DNA from: Trichoplax adhaerens
Lineage: Eukaryota; Animalia; Placozoa
Length of the DNA stretch: 64,000 bases
Direction: 5' to 3'
NCBI RefSeq assembly: GCF_000150275.1
Contig: NW_002060946.1
Coordinates: 7,546,829 to 7,610,828, forward strand
A model generated the notes under the pieces. It saw only the letters and a program-made list of their open reading frames with translations, was not told the DNA's origin and did not search any database. Position 1 is the stretch's first letter. Each line of letters opens with the position of its first letter. A program made the translations under genes and the position numbers. Shown here piece after piece: positions 45,895 to 59,800 of this stretch.

Positions 45895-48800
45895 TCATTT
45901 CGGAACATAAAGCTTCAAGATACATACAGCAATTTCCAAATCGTTTTTCGCGATTTTTAAAGCTTGCTCAACTTTTTTTTCATCAAAACCATTCATTATA
46001 AGTGTGCAAAATGCTTGTTCGTCAACTCTCCGAGTTTTCCAATTTGTAATATAATTCTGATCTAATACGTTTGCTTCACTTGCTATATCATCCTCGCCAA
46101 CTTGATACAATGCCCCATCTTCATCATGATTTGAAGCTAACACGCCTGCTTCACTTGTCCCCTCACATTGTTCGTCATTGCTGGCCTCGACATTTGTCTC
46201 TTCATCGTTGTCGTTTTCATATATTCCTAAGTTATCATTGCCATCGATCATGCTATCGACCACAATACTACTCCGTATTATTGGAAGGGGACCTAAAGAA
46301 TTAAGTAGCATGCTATCAGAATTACCATACGCAGGATTCATCGTAGCATTTGATCGTTCTGGGAAATTCTCGGTATAGTCCTCAGGAGTTAATGTTCTTT
46401 CATCTGTCACATTGTCATCATCATCATCAATACTACAGTAAGCATCATTACTAGCTTGATCCTCGTAGACATCAATATTGGAGAAAGCATGATTATCGCC
46501 ACCGCTTCTATAAATTTGTGATCCATTCGCAGAAATGTCTCCTTCATAAGCTATGTTATTGATATGTAACTGTTGACCAACTAGGAAATTGGACGCTACA
46601 TTATTTAAAGATCCATTACTTCTTTCATGATTAGTACCAACAGAAACAACACTGCTATCAAATGGCGCTATGTCACATGAAGCGGTTGATTGATTATAAT
46701 TATTATCAGAGTTAATATTATTATTTTGTACTTTTGCACGCGCTGCAATATCAGCGGCAACAGTTGGTATTCGAGCGGTAGCCCCTAATACAGTTTCATC
46801 CGTAACCTGAAATAGTCGCATTACATATCATATTAGCTATTAAATCGATAGTTAACTAAAACAGTATTTTAAAAAAATAACGTCGCCACCTTGAGTTTTG
46901 CACGGCAGTGTCATGAATTTTGCGTCGTAGCTACAGCACGAACTTTTCATGATCGTGTCAATTTTTCTCGTACTGGTAGCGACATTATTTTTTTAAAATA
47001 CTGTAGGTACAGTGCATGAATGAGAACTGCAAACTAATAAGGGCATTAAATGACTAATAAAAAAGAAGTATTCATTCCATCGTTGCTTACCTCATCGGAT
47101 GAACTTGCTCCTACAGTATTTAGATCAGAGATCGAATTGGCTTTACCGTCTAATACAGGTAAGTTAAATGGTTCAATATAGACCTTTTTCCAACCCTATA
47201 TTATAAATGAAAACGTACTCAATTAAGTAGAAATGGTTGGAATTAAATCAATCTCATGCAAAAGTATATTTCCTGTAGTAAATCTATACAACACTTAATA
47301 ATGTACTAATTTCTAGGATGTGATAGGTTATTATGTAAGTTAACGACGCGAATCAAATTAATCCAATGTCACAATTGATATATCTATTTACAATGCTAAT
47401 ATATTAAATCGATGCAGTATTAACAACGTTCACATTTATTACCACTATACGACAGCGACAAAACGGGCATTCCTGACCGCCTTTTAATTGCCAACGTTGC
47501 AGGCATTGCTCACACATTAAATGACCGCATGGTTCGAGATAAGCATCTTTATTTCTTGCAGCACAAATTTTGCATAATTCAAACGTACTACCCATGTTAA
47601 CGTATATGTCATATTGATCCTTTGTTACAGTCATATGCTGTTGCGATGACGGAGCATCTAGTGTTAAGTCAGGATTAGCATCATTTCCTGCTGGATATAG
47701 GTATCTGTAGTAAAAATAAACCCATAATAGATGATAGGTTATTAAATTATAATTAAAAGATAGTATTTGTAAACAGAGTATCTTTTACTTTCAGTGATAA
47801 TATCTAAAACACGCTTACATTCCATCATTGAATCCGTCAATTAGTGCTTGCCGTAAAGGTTTATTATTGGGTATAGTTTGTACGACATTTCGTGATTCTT
47901 CAACGTACGCAATTGCCCACTGGCCCAATCGTGTACAGCTCAATCTGAATATATAACTAGATAATTATAAAGAAAATTAAGGTTGTTCGTTAAATTAGTT
48001 TTTACTGCAACTATTACGAATTGGCTTAATCAAGTTTATATTTGTTTCTAAATTTTTATAAAACACATTAGCAATAATTATAGTCAAAATAATAGCACGA
48101 TTACACTTATTTAAGTTAGAAAACTGTAGGATTACAACGGTGAGAAAGGAGTAATTAAAATAATATTTACTGTACAACAGACGACATAGAAAAATTGTTA
48201 ATAGGCGAATAGTAATAAAACGTCTATAAAAGCAGAAATTTTCGAATACGTCAAACTCTTCATCGCTAACCGTTGTATACAGACAACTACTTCAAAACTA
48301 TTATAATACTAAGTATCCCATCTCTAGTTTTTGTACTATAGCATAATGTATTTTAATGTAATTTTTTTTTTACCTTCCTGGTCTATCCAAGAATGGCTCC
48401 AAGGCATTTTTTGCATCATCATATGTTAAAAATGCTGCATATCCTGGATGAGAAATAGCCAAAGAATTCCAGTTATGCATAATAGTAGCCCAAGGCTGGA
48501 ATAGTCTGCTGAAAATATCGAACTCAAAAATGGATATATGTTGATTTAATGTTAAATCCATGGTGCCCTTTAAAGAAATCGATTCATGATCAGATAATTG
48601 GCCATGCACACGCTCCAAAGCATCGCGGAAAGTTGTCCATGGTATAATAGCTCTAAACATATTCGAGACATATAGAAACAGTTTAGCCTTTCTTAACGTC
48701 AAAATAACAAATTACCACCTCGTGAGCAACTCCGGAAATGGATTAGTAGAGTCAAAAAGTTCACATTGAAATAGTGTAGTGTATAATTAATTAGATGATT

Positions 48801-51800
48801 GTAACAGAGAAACTTCACAGAAATCAACATGATATTTCATCGATCAAATTTTTAACATATCCACTATAAATTAGCACATCAACTCGTCGACAAGATGTCT
48901 GTCAGGTGCCATGAACTTTGGTGAGTTTATGCTATCTATCACGTCAAATCATTTCGAAAATCAATATGATTCGATAAATGAAATCTTCTAAAAAATAAGC
49001 GTAGAACGGTTGAGAAATAGACTCAGTAGTTGACTTTACTGCAAAAAGGAAATGTAGGTAAGTAAAGCAATTTAGCAGGCTTGAAATTGATGTCTTGTCA
49101 TAACAGTGTACGAAAAGTATTTGTCCATGTCGATTCAACGTCTATTTCGTAGTCGTCAGAAGAACTACTAAAGTCCTTGTTGATATTGCAGGATCAAGTC
49201 GTATTGGCGAATAGTAATAAAAATAGAATCACTCATCCTCGTTTGTTTTCGATTTTCTTGGGTAGATGTACGAATCTGTTCTAGGCATGCCAATTAGTAT
49301 TAAAAAATATTGCAACCTTCTTGAACAATCATCAACTTCTATCAATATAAAAATACTGAATAAGCAAGAAGGCTTGGTAGCCTAGAAAGGGTTATGGCCA
49401 TAAAAGTTGTCATTCCATTTACTCCATCGAGTCTATAAAGTACTACGAATCTTTGTTAAGTTGTTGTAAATTACAGATATTAACGAGCATAATTTATAAA
49501 ACGTGGTGTTGTGGCCTAGAAAAGTTTCATGTTATAAAAGTTGCCATTCTGTTATAGATTAAATTGATCTATTCCAGATAGAATAGGAAGAAAATGGGAT
49601 CTAAGGATTGCACAAATAATATGAATACTTTGTTGCTATAGCCCTTACAATTTGATCTATCTTATGGATAAATTAATATAAGCTATTAGGATAGACTGTA
49701 AGCAAGAGTCTTAACAGTAAGACACTTGCCCGATCCTGAATAAGTGTAAACTGTTTCCAGGTAGAAAGTAAACTGCTCTACGTTATTCTCTTCCACTTCT
49801 TCAAGCCTTGAAGGCATTGGAATGATCGGATCGATTGCATCCTAATTTAGAAAACATTGTACATCACCTACAATCATCAAGATAGAGTTATCACGCTTTT
49901 GCTATTTTTAATGATGGCAATGATTTAATTTTGACCATAAGAGAATGATACTAGGACAGCTACTTTCTATACTTCCTTTACTATTATTATGCGAATACCT
50001 TTGAAGATAGATCAATATTAGTTGACATCATGAAATTCACCAAATAAAATGGGCATCATTGATCAGATTTACGCGATTCATGACTGAGCAAGAATGGCAA
50101 GTCAAAGTATTTCATCATTGATGGATCACTTTTATAAAAGGAAAACTAATTGCTTCCATATGTTATGCTTGCTTGATCAAGTGCTGATACTGTAGTAGCA
50201 TGTAAATGGATTCATTTTTACACTGCTAGAACTTATTGCGGTAGAATTGAACAACTTTATGCAGTATAACAATCCTCTTAAGCCTTAAGGATGACAATGA
50301 AAACTTGATGAAATGGCTATAAAATCCTCTCAGATATTGTAAGGGTAAAATGAAACCGTATTTCAAATTTCTGCAATACTGTAAGTAAAATTGCTGTATG
50401 TTGGAAATAAGGGATAAGTCTACTTTAAGCTGCATAGAATATAATTTTTAGCCATTCTTCCTTCATAAACAAGACGTGAAGTTCTTGCTGTTTGAAGTAT
50501 CTGAATAATGTCGTCATTACTCTATTGGGCATATTGGATATGGCAAATTCATATTGTTGCCATTTCAACATATCATAGGTATAGTGCAAGCTACATAGAG
50601 AATGAGTTTTAGCTTTCTTCCTCAAGAGTTTTACGTAAAGCTTTTGCTATTTGCTATATCAATACTGCAGTATTTTTATTCCCTATTGGATATATTGTCG
50701 CCATTTCAACAATTCAAGGATATATATATAAGAGTTCTACGTGAAGCTTTTGCTATTTGCTACGTCAATACTGCAGTATTTTTATTTTCTATTGGATATA
50801 TTGTCGCCATTTCAACAATTCAAGGATAGGTATAGCGTAAGCTACATCGAGTTTGATTTTTAGCTTTCTTCCTCAAGAGTTCTACTTAAAGCTTTTGCTA
50901 TTTGCTATGTCAATACTGCAGTACTTTTATTCCCTATTGGATATATTGTCGCCATTTCAACAATTCAAGGATATATATATAAGAGTTCTACGTGAAGCTT
51001 TTGCTATTTGCTATGTCAATACTGTAGTATTTTTATTTTCTATTGGATATATTGTCGCCATTTCAACAATTCAAGGATAGGTATAGCGTAAGCTACATCG
51101 AGTATGATTTTTAAGTTTTCTTCCTCAAGCGTTCTACGTAAAGCTTTTGCGATTTGCTATATCCATACTGCAGTATTTTTTCCTATTGGATATATTGTCG
51201 CCATTTCAGCAATTCAAGGATAGGTATAGCGTAAGCTACATAGAGTATGATTTTTAAGCTTTCTTCCTCAAGAGTTCTACGTGAAGCATTTGCTATTTGC
51301 TATATCAAAACTGCAGCATTTTTTCCTATTGGATATATTGTCGCCATTGCAATAATACAAGGATAGCTGTGCTATAAAGCTACATAGAATATAATTTTTA
51401 GGCATTTTTCCTCAATAAGACCAGTTGTGAAGCTTTTGCTGGTTCAATACTAATGCTACAGTATTCATTTTCTTTTGGAGGGGGGGGGGGCATTCGACAT
51501 ATTGGACATGACAAGTTCCTATTTCAACATTTCATCAAGACGATCAACGGAATAGTATTGCATATGAGTATCGATGAATTGAAAGACCTTATGCTGTTCA
51601 ATATATTGGAGTTTAATAAAGTTGGGGCCAATTCTATTTTCTTGCCTTCCTATGCAGCCCAAAACCGCATTAACCCGATCATGTTGGTGGACAATAATAT
51701 AATGTACAGCAGGATCGATTTTATAATCATTGACTTCTTTCAACAGTCAAGAAAATTGGTTAACAACAATGAAAACAGAAACAAATTTAGACAGTGGCTA

Positions 51801-54800
51801 TCGTCCCATCATTAAAAGGTTGGACTAAATACCACCAACAATTAATACGAAAGTGAGCGGTAACTGTTTTCCTTTCTATTTTTTTTTACTTCCTTCCTTG
51901 TGGATAGTAGAAAGTACAATTTTGGTAATGATAACTTAGAAGGCTGAAATGATTCAAGTTAAAGCATTTTATCATGGCCTAATAGTCCAATTTTTAAATC
52001 CAAAAGAGAAATGCAACCATTCCTATTTTTTTTATCTTCTATGTTCTTCCAATGAATTGGAAGAAGACTATGGGGTTGTTGGGCTTTATTTTTTAAATAA
52101 ATGGCCTTTCAAAGTTGATCTAATTACGGTAAGCTTCCATTCTTGAGCCAATGAAAGCATTACCTGATCAGTGGAGAATGTGCTGGGATGTTCTCAAGCT
52201 AGCTTTCTTTTTCGATATGATTATTGAACATTTCATCCCTTCCACTGGTAATTAGAGTATAAGCTATTGAAATGAACTTAAGCGTAACGAATTCTCATTT
52301 TCATTCCATCAAAACGAGTATAAGAAACCTATTGGTAGTAATGAAATTGATGCCACAAAATGCATCGGATGGTAATACCTTCTTCCCACATCCCCTTTGT
52401 ACCATCCTAGCCGTATTTTCCAGACTCTACAATGATGGCAATGACGAATTGAACAAGAATTGATCACTTGGCATGGAGAAAAAAAAAGCCTAGTATCATG
52501 TTGTATGCTAGAAAGGAGTTTTCTTCAATGTGATGGCGTAACTGGCATGAAATGATGTTTCTTTCCCCTATCAATGGCGCTAGTGTTATGCTAAGTTCTA
52601 TTTTCCTTCTTGAGAAAACAAATGTATCCAAAATATAAAGTTAATGTATCAATACTAAAATACTGCTATTTTTCTGGGTCAACAAGTATGGCAAGTATGA
52701 TGAGAAGAGGGTATTTTGGGGGGGGGAAGAACTTTATGCCTTACTGTCAATGTCTGCTTACTTGAATTATGAATCTCATTTTGAATCATACATGTACGAG
52801 AATAACGTGCAGTAAGCTTGAACCCTAGCAAGAAAATGCAATTAAGGTGGTAAAGTCTATTCCTTTTGCCGATACATCCATTTCAGCTGTCCAGTTCTAA
52901 CAGTATAAAATGGATGATTGTGATCAGACCCCCCCCCCAAAAAAAATGGAGGCATTCATTTTGCTGGCGTTTCCATCTCTACACGCTCATTATTGGGCCA
53001 TTTTAGCTGATTATTGTTGACGAAATCGACAAGGATTACTCAAACAGTAATAGGAAATTAAACAGTACAATAACCTCTTCATACTAGTAAGTACAGTATC
53101 ATTTTAAGCAAGATGAAAAAAAAAAGAGTTTTCTACCATGACAATTGGTAAAATAGAAGGCGGAAGTAAGGTGGCAATGGATTGCCTATCAAAAAGTAAA
53201 ATGATGATCGACAACAGTATCAGTTTCATGCTGTTGAAAATGCTTAATCAAATATAGAAATGCGTTGATGGATAGATTCATTTATCGCCATCATCTTTTG
53301 GCTATTCATTTTAGTAGGGAAAAAATGGTCAGGTTGATCAATATTAAAACTACGGTATAATATCTTAAAGCCAATATCGACAGTTCAATCGATCAAGGTC
53401 AATGAAAAAAAAAATATGCTCTTGGAAAGGAAAAGCCTTTTGGAAGTCCTATTGATGAATGCTCTATCATTCGCCTTGTATGATCGATGATGAAGACAGT
53501 CTAGCCATGCAATCAAGTTTATCCTATCCAATCAGTCGACATGGCATGCGATGACAAGGGCTTTGATCAACTTTTATCGATGTACTTGGACTAGGATCCA
53601 TAGCAATATTATTAGATATTATCAAGTAGACGAAAGAGGATTAATCAACCGTGACAAATGAAATGGTCGAATAGGGGGAGTATATCATGTTGATCAAAGT
53701 ATGGCTACTTCTTTCCAATTATGTAGAAATTGGACATCAAAAGATAAACTATCCTACTTATAGCATCCAACAGCGTGAAAAAGTATTTCCACTCTTGTGT
53801 GTTGGGTATTGGAAGAGGCTGACGAAACAACATGAATCAACAATAATCAAGATGGATTTTGTATCCTCTACCATGATGCTATTATTGTCTACCAGATGAA
53901 GAGAACTGATATGCTATCCAATTTCCATCTTTCATCGCTGATGATGAGCAATATGATTATCATTGTCATCATTTAGAGGTAGGTGGTGTAGGATTTGTGA
54001 TGGTTAATCCGTTTCAACTGTACATTTTCCATAGACTATTGCAACATAGTGTGTGTATCTGCATGATATACTGGTCGACGATGGAACAAGGGAGAAAGAG
54101 AGTTGTTCAAGGCTTGAAATGATAATCTCTCTTCCTTTTGATGCTCAATAGATGAAAAATAAATAAAAAAAAATACAGATTGCTTGGGATAAAATGATGC
54201 AAAAGTAAGATAGTAGATTGATCAAGAAGAAAGAAGGGAAAAGCGTGTATGAAAGACTTTGTATTCAAGCAATACTTGATTTACTGTATTTACCTGGATC
54301 GGAAAGATTCTTTCCAAAATTGGCAAGCACCTTCATCGACGATACGATAATCATCAATGTTATACTGACCTGAAGGAAAGATTGCTTTCAATTCAGTCAG
54401 CATATGACTAAATATCAAGCTCATCTTATTGAGCGTACAACGATAGATGGTTCGTGTATCGTATATTTTCTCTTTAGCAGCTTTGAATAAATTGGTTGTA
54501 TATTTGCATTTTTTCATTAAATTACCAAAATAAAAGGTTAGATATTCAATTTGATTTAATTTATCCAAGTCGCCGCGTTGTTCTTGTATGACAGTCAAGA
54601 TATGATGTTGTATTTGTGTTAAAATATCAATGATATAAGGTGGATTATTTTTTAAATTCATTTTAGGCCGTTGGCATAGCTTGACAATTTTGGTTAAGAT
54701 GCGTGTTACTTTATCCACTAATTTGCGATCAATCCACAATGCTAAAGGTTCATCGGAGGATAGATTATTGGATAAGCCATCATGATTGTTGGTGGATGCG

Positions 54801-54871
54801 GATAATCCAAACTGAAAACGATTGAAAAATCCACGAGCAATATTACCTACAGGAGAGACCGAATTAGCCAT
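45895..54871 (-). CDS. CBL: E3 ubiquitin ligase Cbl (TKB, linker, RING, C-terminal UBA)
   Basis: [125 protein letters not shown]. Intron 1 is 48653-54293. Confidence 0.97.
50420..51530. repeat. Tandem array in CBL intron 1: ~141-bp and ~110-bp units, 251-bp higher-order dimer x2, diverged edge units
   Basis: Repeated core gcttttgctatttgctatatcaatactgcagtattttt...ctattggatatattgtcgccatttcaacaattcaagga; duplicate ORFs at 50602 and 50853. Confidence 0.95.
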
Positions 54872-54941
54872 CGTATATGAAAGGAATGGCTCAATCCAAT
54901 TTAGTCAGAAATGTTGGTGTACAAATGACGAAAGAGTGCTT

Positions 54942-55384
54942 CTATCACTCCACCTAAGCTGATGTTGTTGTCCTTGATGTACTGTAATGGAGCAAGATGG
55001 AAGTTGGAAAATGGATACCACCAATCTTCTCTTTATCCTCCTTGTCTTGGAGCGCTTTCAATCTCTCTACCTAAGCTAATGTTGTTCTCCTTGACGTCCT
55101 GTAATGGAGCAAGATGGAAGTTGGAAAATGGATACCACCAATCTTCTCCTTATCCTTGTCTTCAAGTGCTTCAATCTCTCTACCTAAGCTAATGTTGTTC
55201 TCCTTGACGTACTGTAATAATGGAGCAAGATGAATGTTGAAAAATGGACACCACCAATCTTCTCTTTATCCTTGTCTTGGAGCCCTTCAATCTCTCCACC
55301 TAAGCTGATGTTGTTGTCCTTGATGTACTGTCCGATGAAAGTTGAAAAATGGATACAACCAATTTTCTCTTTATCCTTGTCTTC
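54942..55384. repeat. ~4 x 113-117-bp tandem array immediately upstream of the CBL ATG
   Basis: Unit tcaatctctctacctaagctratgttgttstccttgaygtactgtaatggagcaagatggaagttggaaaatggataccaccaatcttctctttatccttgtctt. Confidence 0.95.
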
Positions 55385-55736
55385 ATCGATTGTAGTCTAA
55401 ATGGATTATTACTCAAATCAATTTCGATAGGAAGAATGATGTTATCCACTGTTTTCTATTTCTTTTTCTTTTTTTTTCCCCCTTCCTTCCTAACGATAAT
55501 GAATTAACCAAGGCCGGATGGATGGCTTGCTCAAATTCAGGCACAAATCATCCAATATTGCCAGGTAGGGACAAGCCCGATGGAAAAGAACGACGCCTGC
55601 TTAACTCGTAATAATCAATCAACAGAAATACTTTCCTTTCACTCACTTTAAAGGCATCAGGAACGAGCTTTCTCCGTCAATATTCTCTATCCTAGGCATG
55701 CATAACTAGCAATTACTTTGCAATAATATCGATCGC

Positions 55737-55764
55737 AGAAGAAATTAATTAATTAATTTCTTCT
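55737..55764. repeat. Perfect 28-bp palindrome
   Basis: AGAAGAAATTAATTAATTAATTTCTTCT is its own reverse complement. Confidence 0.95.
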
Positions 55765-56161
55765 ATTGACGATCTTTTTTACTGGGCCCGATCAAGCTTT
55801 ACAACTTAGTCTGCCTGTCTGTATATCCGATGCCGGTCGCTTCGTCAAGCTACAGTGTTTCTCTACAGTGTACAGTATCTGCGTACTGTACACTGGCTGG
55901 TCTCCTTCAAGCGGATTGGGACCGGATTACGGTCCGACGATTCATACATCGATCTACTGCTCTCCAGTAGCCCAACAGTCTCAACTGAATGTTGCTCTGC
56001 TGCACCGCTAGGGTGCAAACTCCATATTGAAGTCACCGTGTCAATATCCATTTCATCTTCTACGAGTAAAACTCTACTATACTAGAGTGGATTATTTTTT
56101 TCTACTGCTCTCCAGTACCCCAACATGCTCAAGCGAATGCCTTTTGGCCCTTCTTGAAGCA

Positions 56162-56484
56162 GCAATTGTCAAATAAATATCATACTCATGAGAGAGCCTG
56201 GACTTCAATTGGCCAAGTCTCTCTTAATATCCATATTGTACAAGGTTTCGCTCAATGGCAGCGATTGCAATTGTCAAATAAATATCATACTCATGAGAGA
56301 GCCTAGACTTCAATTGGCCAAGTCTCTCTTAATATCCATATAGTACAAGGTTTCTCTCAATGGCAGCGATTGCAATTGTCAAATAAATATCATACTCATG
56401 AGAGAGCCTAGACTTCAATTGGCCAAGTCTCTCTTAATATCCATATTGTACAAGGTTTCGCTCAATGGCAGCGATTGCTATTGT
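56162..56484. repeat. 3 x 105-bp near-identical tandem array between CBL and TTC12
   Basis: Units start at 56162, 56267 and 56372 (gcaattgtcaaataaatatcatactcatgagagagcct...). Confidence 0.97.
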
Positions 56485-56866
56485 AGACCGCCATTCATCC
56501 AATACAGTAAAATAGCATAAGAGTACTGCAGTGGTACTTGATTTCACGTGATGGTCTACTCTAAGACAACAAATCTCCTGCTGGAGATACTTTATTGTCA
56601 ACATCGACACCAAATCCAAAGCGATTGCTGTCGGTAATCAACACTATGTCAACATTGACTAGTAGAAATCGGACGTTGCCAACATTAAGCTACCGACAGC
56701 ATCGCAGGTGTGGATAAAATCGCCTTCTCGAGTTCTCAACCTTCCAATCAAGCGTTAAGTGAAACATTTGTTCAGGTTGATTGCAAGAGACGTGTGGTAC
56801 AATCGATCCCAAATTCCCGAGATAGTGCTTTAATAACTTATTGGAAAGGTGTCTGCCTACAGTGCG

Positions 56867-59800
56867 ATGAATCAAGAACAAGAATTAGATTCCTTCTTGG
56901 ATAAAATCAACAATGTCGGTATGTAAATCGCAAGCACTCATTAGTCTATTCCATTTTCTGCTAGCATCAGTAAATGGACATGGGTTAACCTTGATAGATC
57001 GCAATCACACTCATCTTGATATACAGTACAGTATAAACAAGGGACAAACTTTATCCGTTGCTTATGATGATGATAATTACCGATAGACTATCAGTCAACA
57101 ATCGAATGCTATAGGAGAAAGGCTCCAAATCAATACATAGGGCTAAAGCAATGGCTACTTGGCTACATCGATCAACAATAAACATGGCAGATAGAGTGGG
57201 TAGCTTAATATACTGTATAGACATTCTCTACTAGCATCCGTAAATGGACATTGGTTATCCTTGATACAACGCCTTCCCACTCGTCTTGATCTAGGCTATA
57301 AACAAGGGACAAACTTTATCCGTTGCTTGGGTTTGACGATGATGATTCATTATCGATAGACTATCGGTCAAGAATCGTGCTATAGGAGAAAGCCTCGAGA
57401 TTAATAAGACGGAGGCCTAAAGCATTGGCTAGTTACTTGGCTACGTCGATCAGTAATAAACATGACAGATAGGACTATAAACAACGGACAAACTTCGTCT
57501 GTAGTTTTTGTACGATGATGATCGGTAGACGATCAGTCAAGAATCGTGCTCGAAGAGAAAGCCTCCAAATTAATACATAGGGCTACAGCAATGACTACTT
57601 GTCTACATCGATCAACAGTAAACATGACAGATAGGACGGGTAGTTAATATACTATAAACAACGGACAAACTTCGTCTGTAGTTTTAGTACGATGATGATC
57701 GGTAGACGATCAGTCAACAATCGTGCTAGAAGAGAAAGCCTCCAAATTAATACATAGGGCTAAAGCAATGGCTACTTGGCTACATCGATCAACAGTAAAC
57801 ATGACAGATAGGACGGGTAGCTTAATGTACTGCAAACAACGGACAAACATTATCCGTTGCTTGGGTATGGCGATGATGAATAATTATCGATCGACGATCA
57901 GTCTACAATCGTGCTAGAAGAGAAAGCCTCCAAATTAATACATAGGGCTAAAGCAATGGCTACTTGGCTACATCGACCAACCATCAACATGACAGATAGG
58001 ACGGGTAGCTTAAAGAACTTCTTGAAATTGCCTGTGCTCTTAGCAGGATCAGCTAGACTCAAACTGCAAATTTTAGCGACGAGTAAAGAACGAATGTTGA
58101 TCTTTCAAGTTGTAGCTATGGACTACTGAATGATTGGTAATTTAGAAGTCCATGTTCGAACACAGTAAATAGTGAGTAATCACTGATCAATGTTCTTCGA
58201 GAAAGGCTCCAAAATAATATGTAATCCACAGGGCTAAAGGATATGTTAGAATACTTGGCTAGATCGATCAACAGTACAGATAGAATACGTTAGCTCGCAC
58301 TGATCAACTTGACTATGCTCTAGCGGCATAAGCAATACACGAATCGCAATTTAAACTTGATTGAACGGTCAAGAATCAATCCATGTTTATCTTTTAACTT
58401 CTACGACTGTTTGGGTAGACTGCTAAGCAATAATCATGGATTATTGCGGTACTTAGAATAACGTACCTAACACTGATGAACTTGACTAAACTAACCGCGT
58501 TCTAGCAATACAAAATAATAGACTGACTGCAACTTTAACTTTTTATAAATAACGGAGATTTATTTGGGACGCTTCTATAACTGTTTTTCGTGAAGCGATC
58601 ACGGCCGGATGAGGAAAAGGCTGGAAAAAAACACACAGTCCTAAAGCGTACATTAACTACCAGCCTATCGATACATCGATAATGCAGTGCCAGTGCAGTA
58701 ACTTCCCCTTATTAATTTTGCGAAGCAGACCGTAATCGATTATCTGTAATAAAATACTAACAACAGCTGAAACTTGAAACATAAATATCCAATCTTAAAG
58801 TGTTACAATAATAATAATACTGTTCCGATGAACTCCTATGGATAGTAACTGTAAGACAAGACTTTCTCGATTGATGTAACCTAACATCATTTAGAAAAAT
58901 CGTTTTACCAATAGTATAATCCTTCTATGCGTAAATTCAATGCAAACGACAACTTGCAATGGCTTTCGTTGGTCATTTTATAGCAATCCACTCAAATAGT
59001 ATTCAATTGTCCAAAAATGGATACCCTTCTCAGTCGGATTACTATTCAAGTCAACATCGTTCAAGCTACCCGATGATAATGTTCTTTATCGGATAGTGCA
59101 TAGTAAGTTCTTATCAACTTGATCATGACAGCATCTTATTCAAGTTTATTAAACGATAACCAGTTGAGAACACTTTATTGCAATGATATTTACCATCATA
59201 ATTTGTTAAGGAATGAATACTAAAACGATGGATGATTCCAATTGACAAACACTTTTTCTCACCATAAAATACATAACAGCCTTCACCTACATTTTCTGGC
59301 TTGTAATAAGCTAATGAATACGCGCTTACTGTCGAATTATTGCTTTCAATGCATACAGAATCACTGGTCAAAGACTTAGCTTCTTCTGATACTGGTGTTG
59401 CTAAAGAGGCAATGTCAAAGGCTGATGAATTGATTGGCAACCAGAAATTAAAATATGATAAAAGTTCCATCAATAAATCAACCACAAGCAGTCAATACGT
59501 AAGCATTTTATTAACGTATTTTACTCCAAAATTGTCGTTAATATGATGTACCTTACCAATGCTATAGGTTATGAAGATTATACTCGTAGTATTCAACTTT
59601 AATCAAAGTAATAATATTGCTAAAGCTATGATAGATTACCTCTCTTTACCTTTACTAAGCTGTTATAAAATGCCATTTGTTCACTATTATAGAATGATAA
59701 TCCCCAGCAATCCATTGATCAAGGTCAGCATCGGTTAAACTAACATTATCCATTTGTTTAAATGATATGACAAAACCTTTGCCAATTTCTCCAATCATTA

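Noticed and set aside
51453-51815. Overlapping ORFs in CBL intron 1, and the antisense ORF 59123-59485 in TTC12
   Set aside because: No recognisable domain or splice support; lengths compatible with chance.
50602-58129. Duplicated short ORFs (50602/50853, 54962, 57723/57911)
   Set aside because: Products of tandem repeats; frames are not kept in other units.
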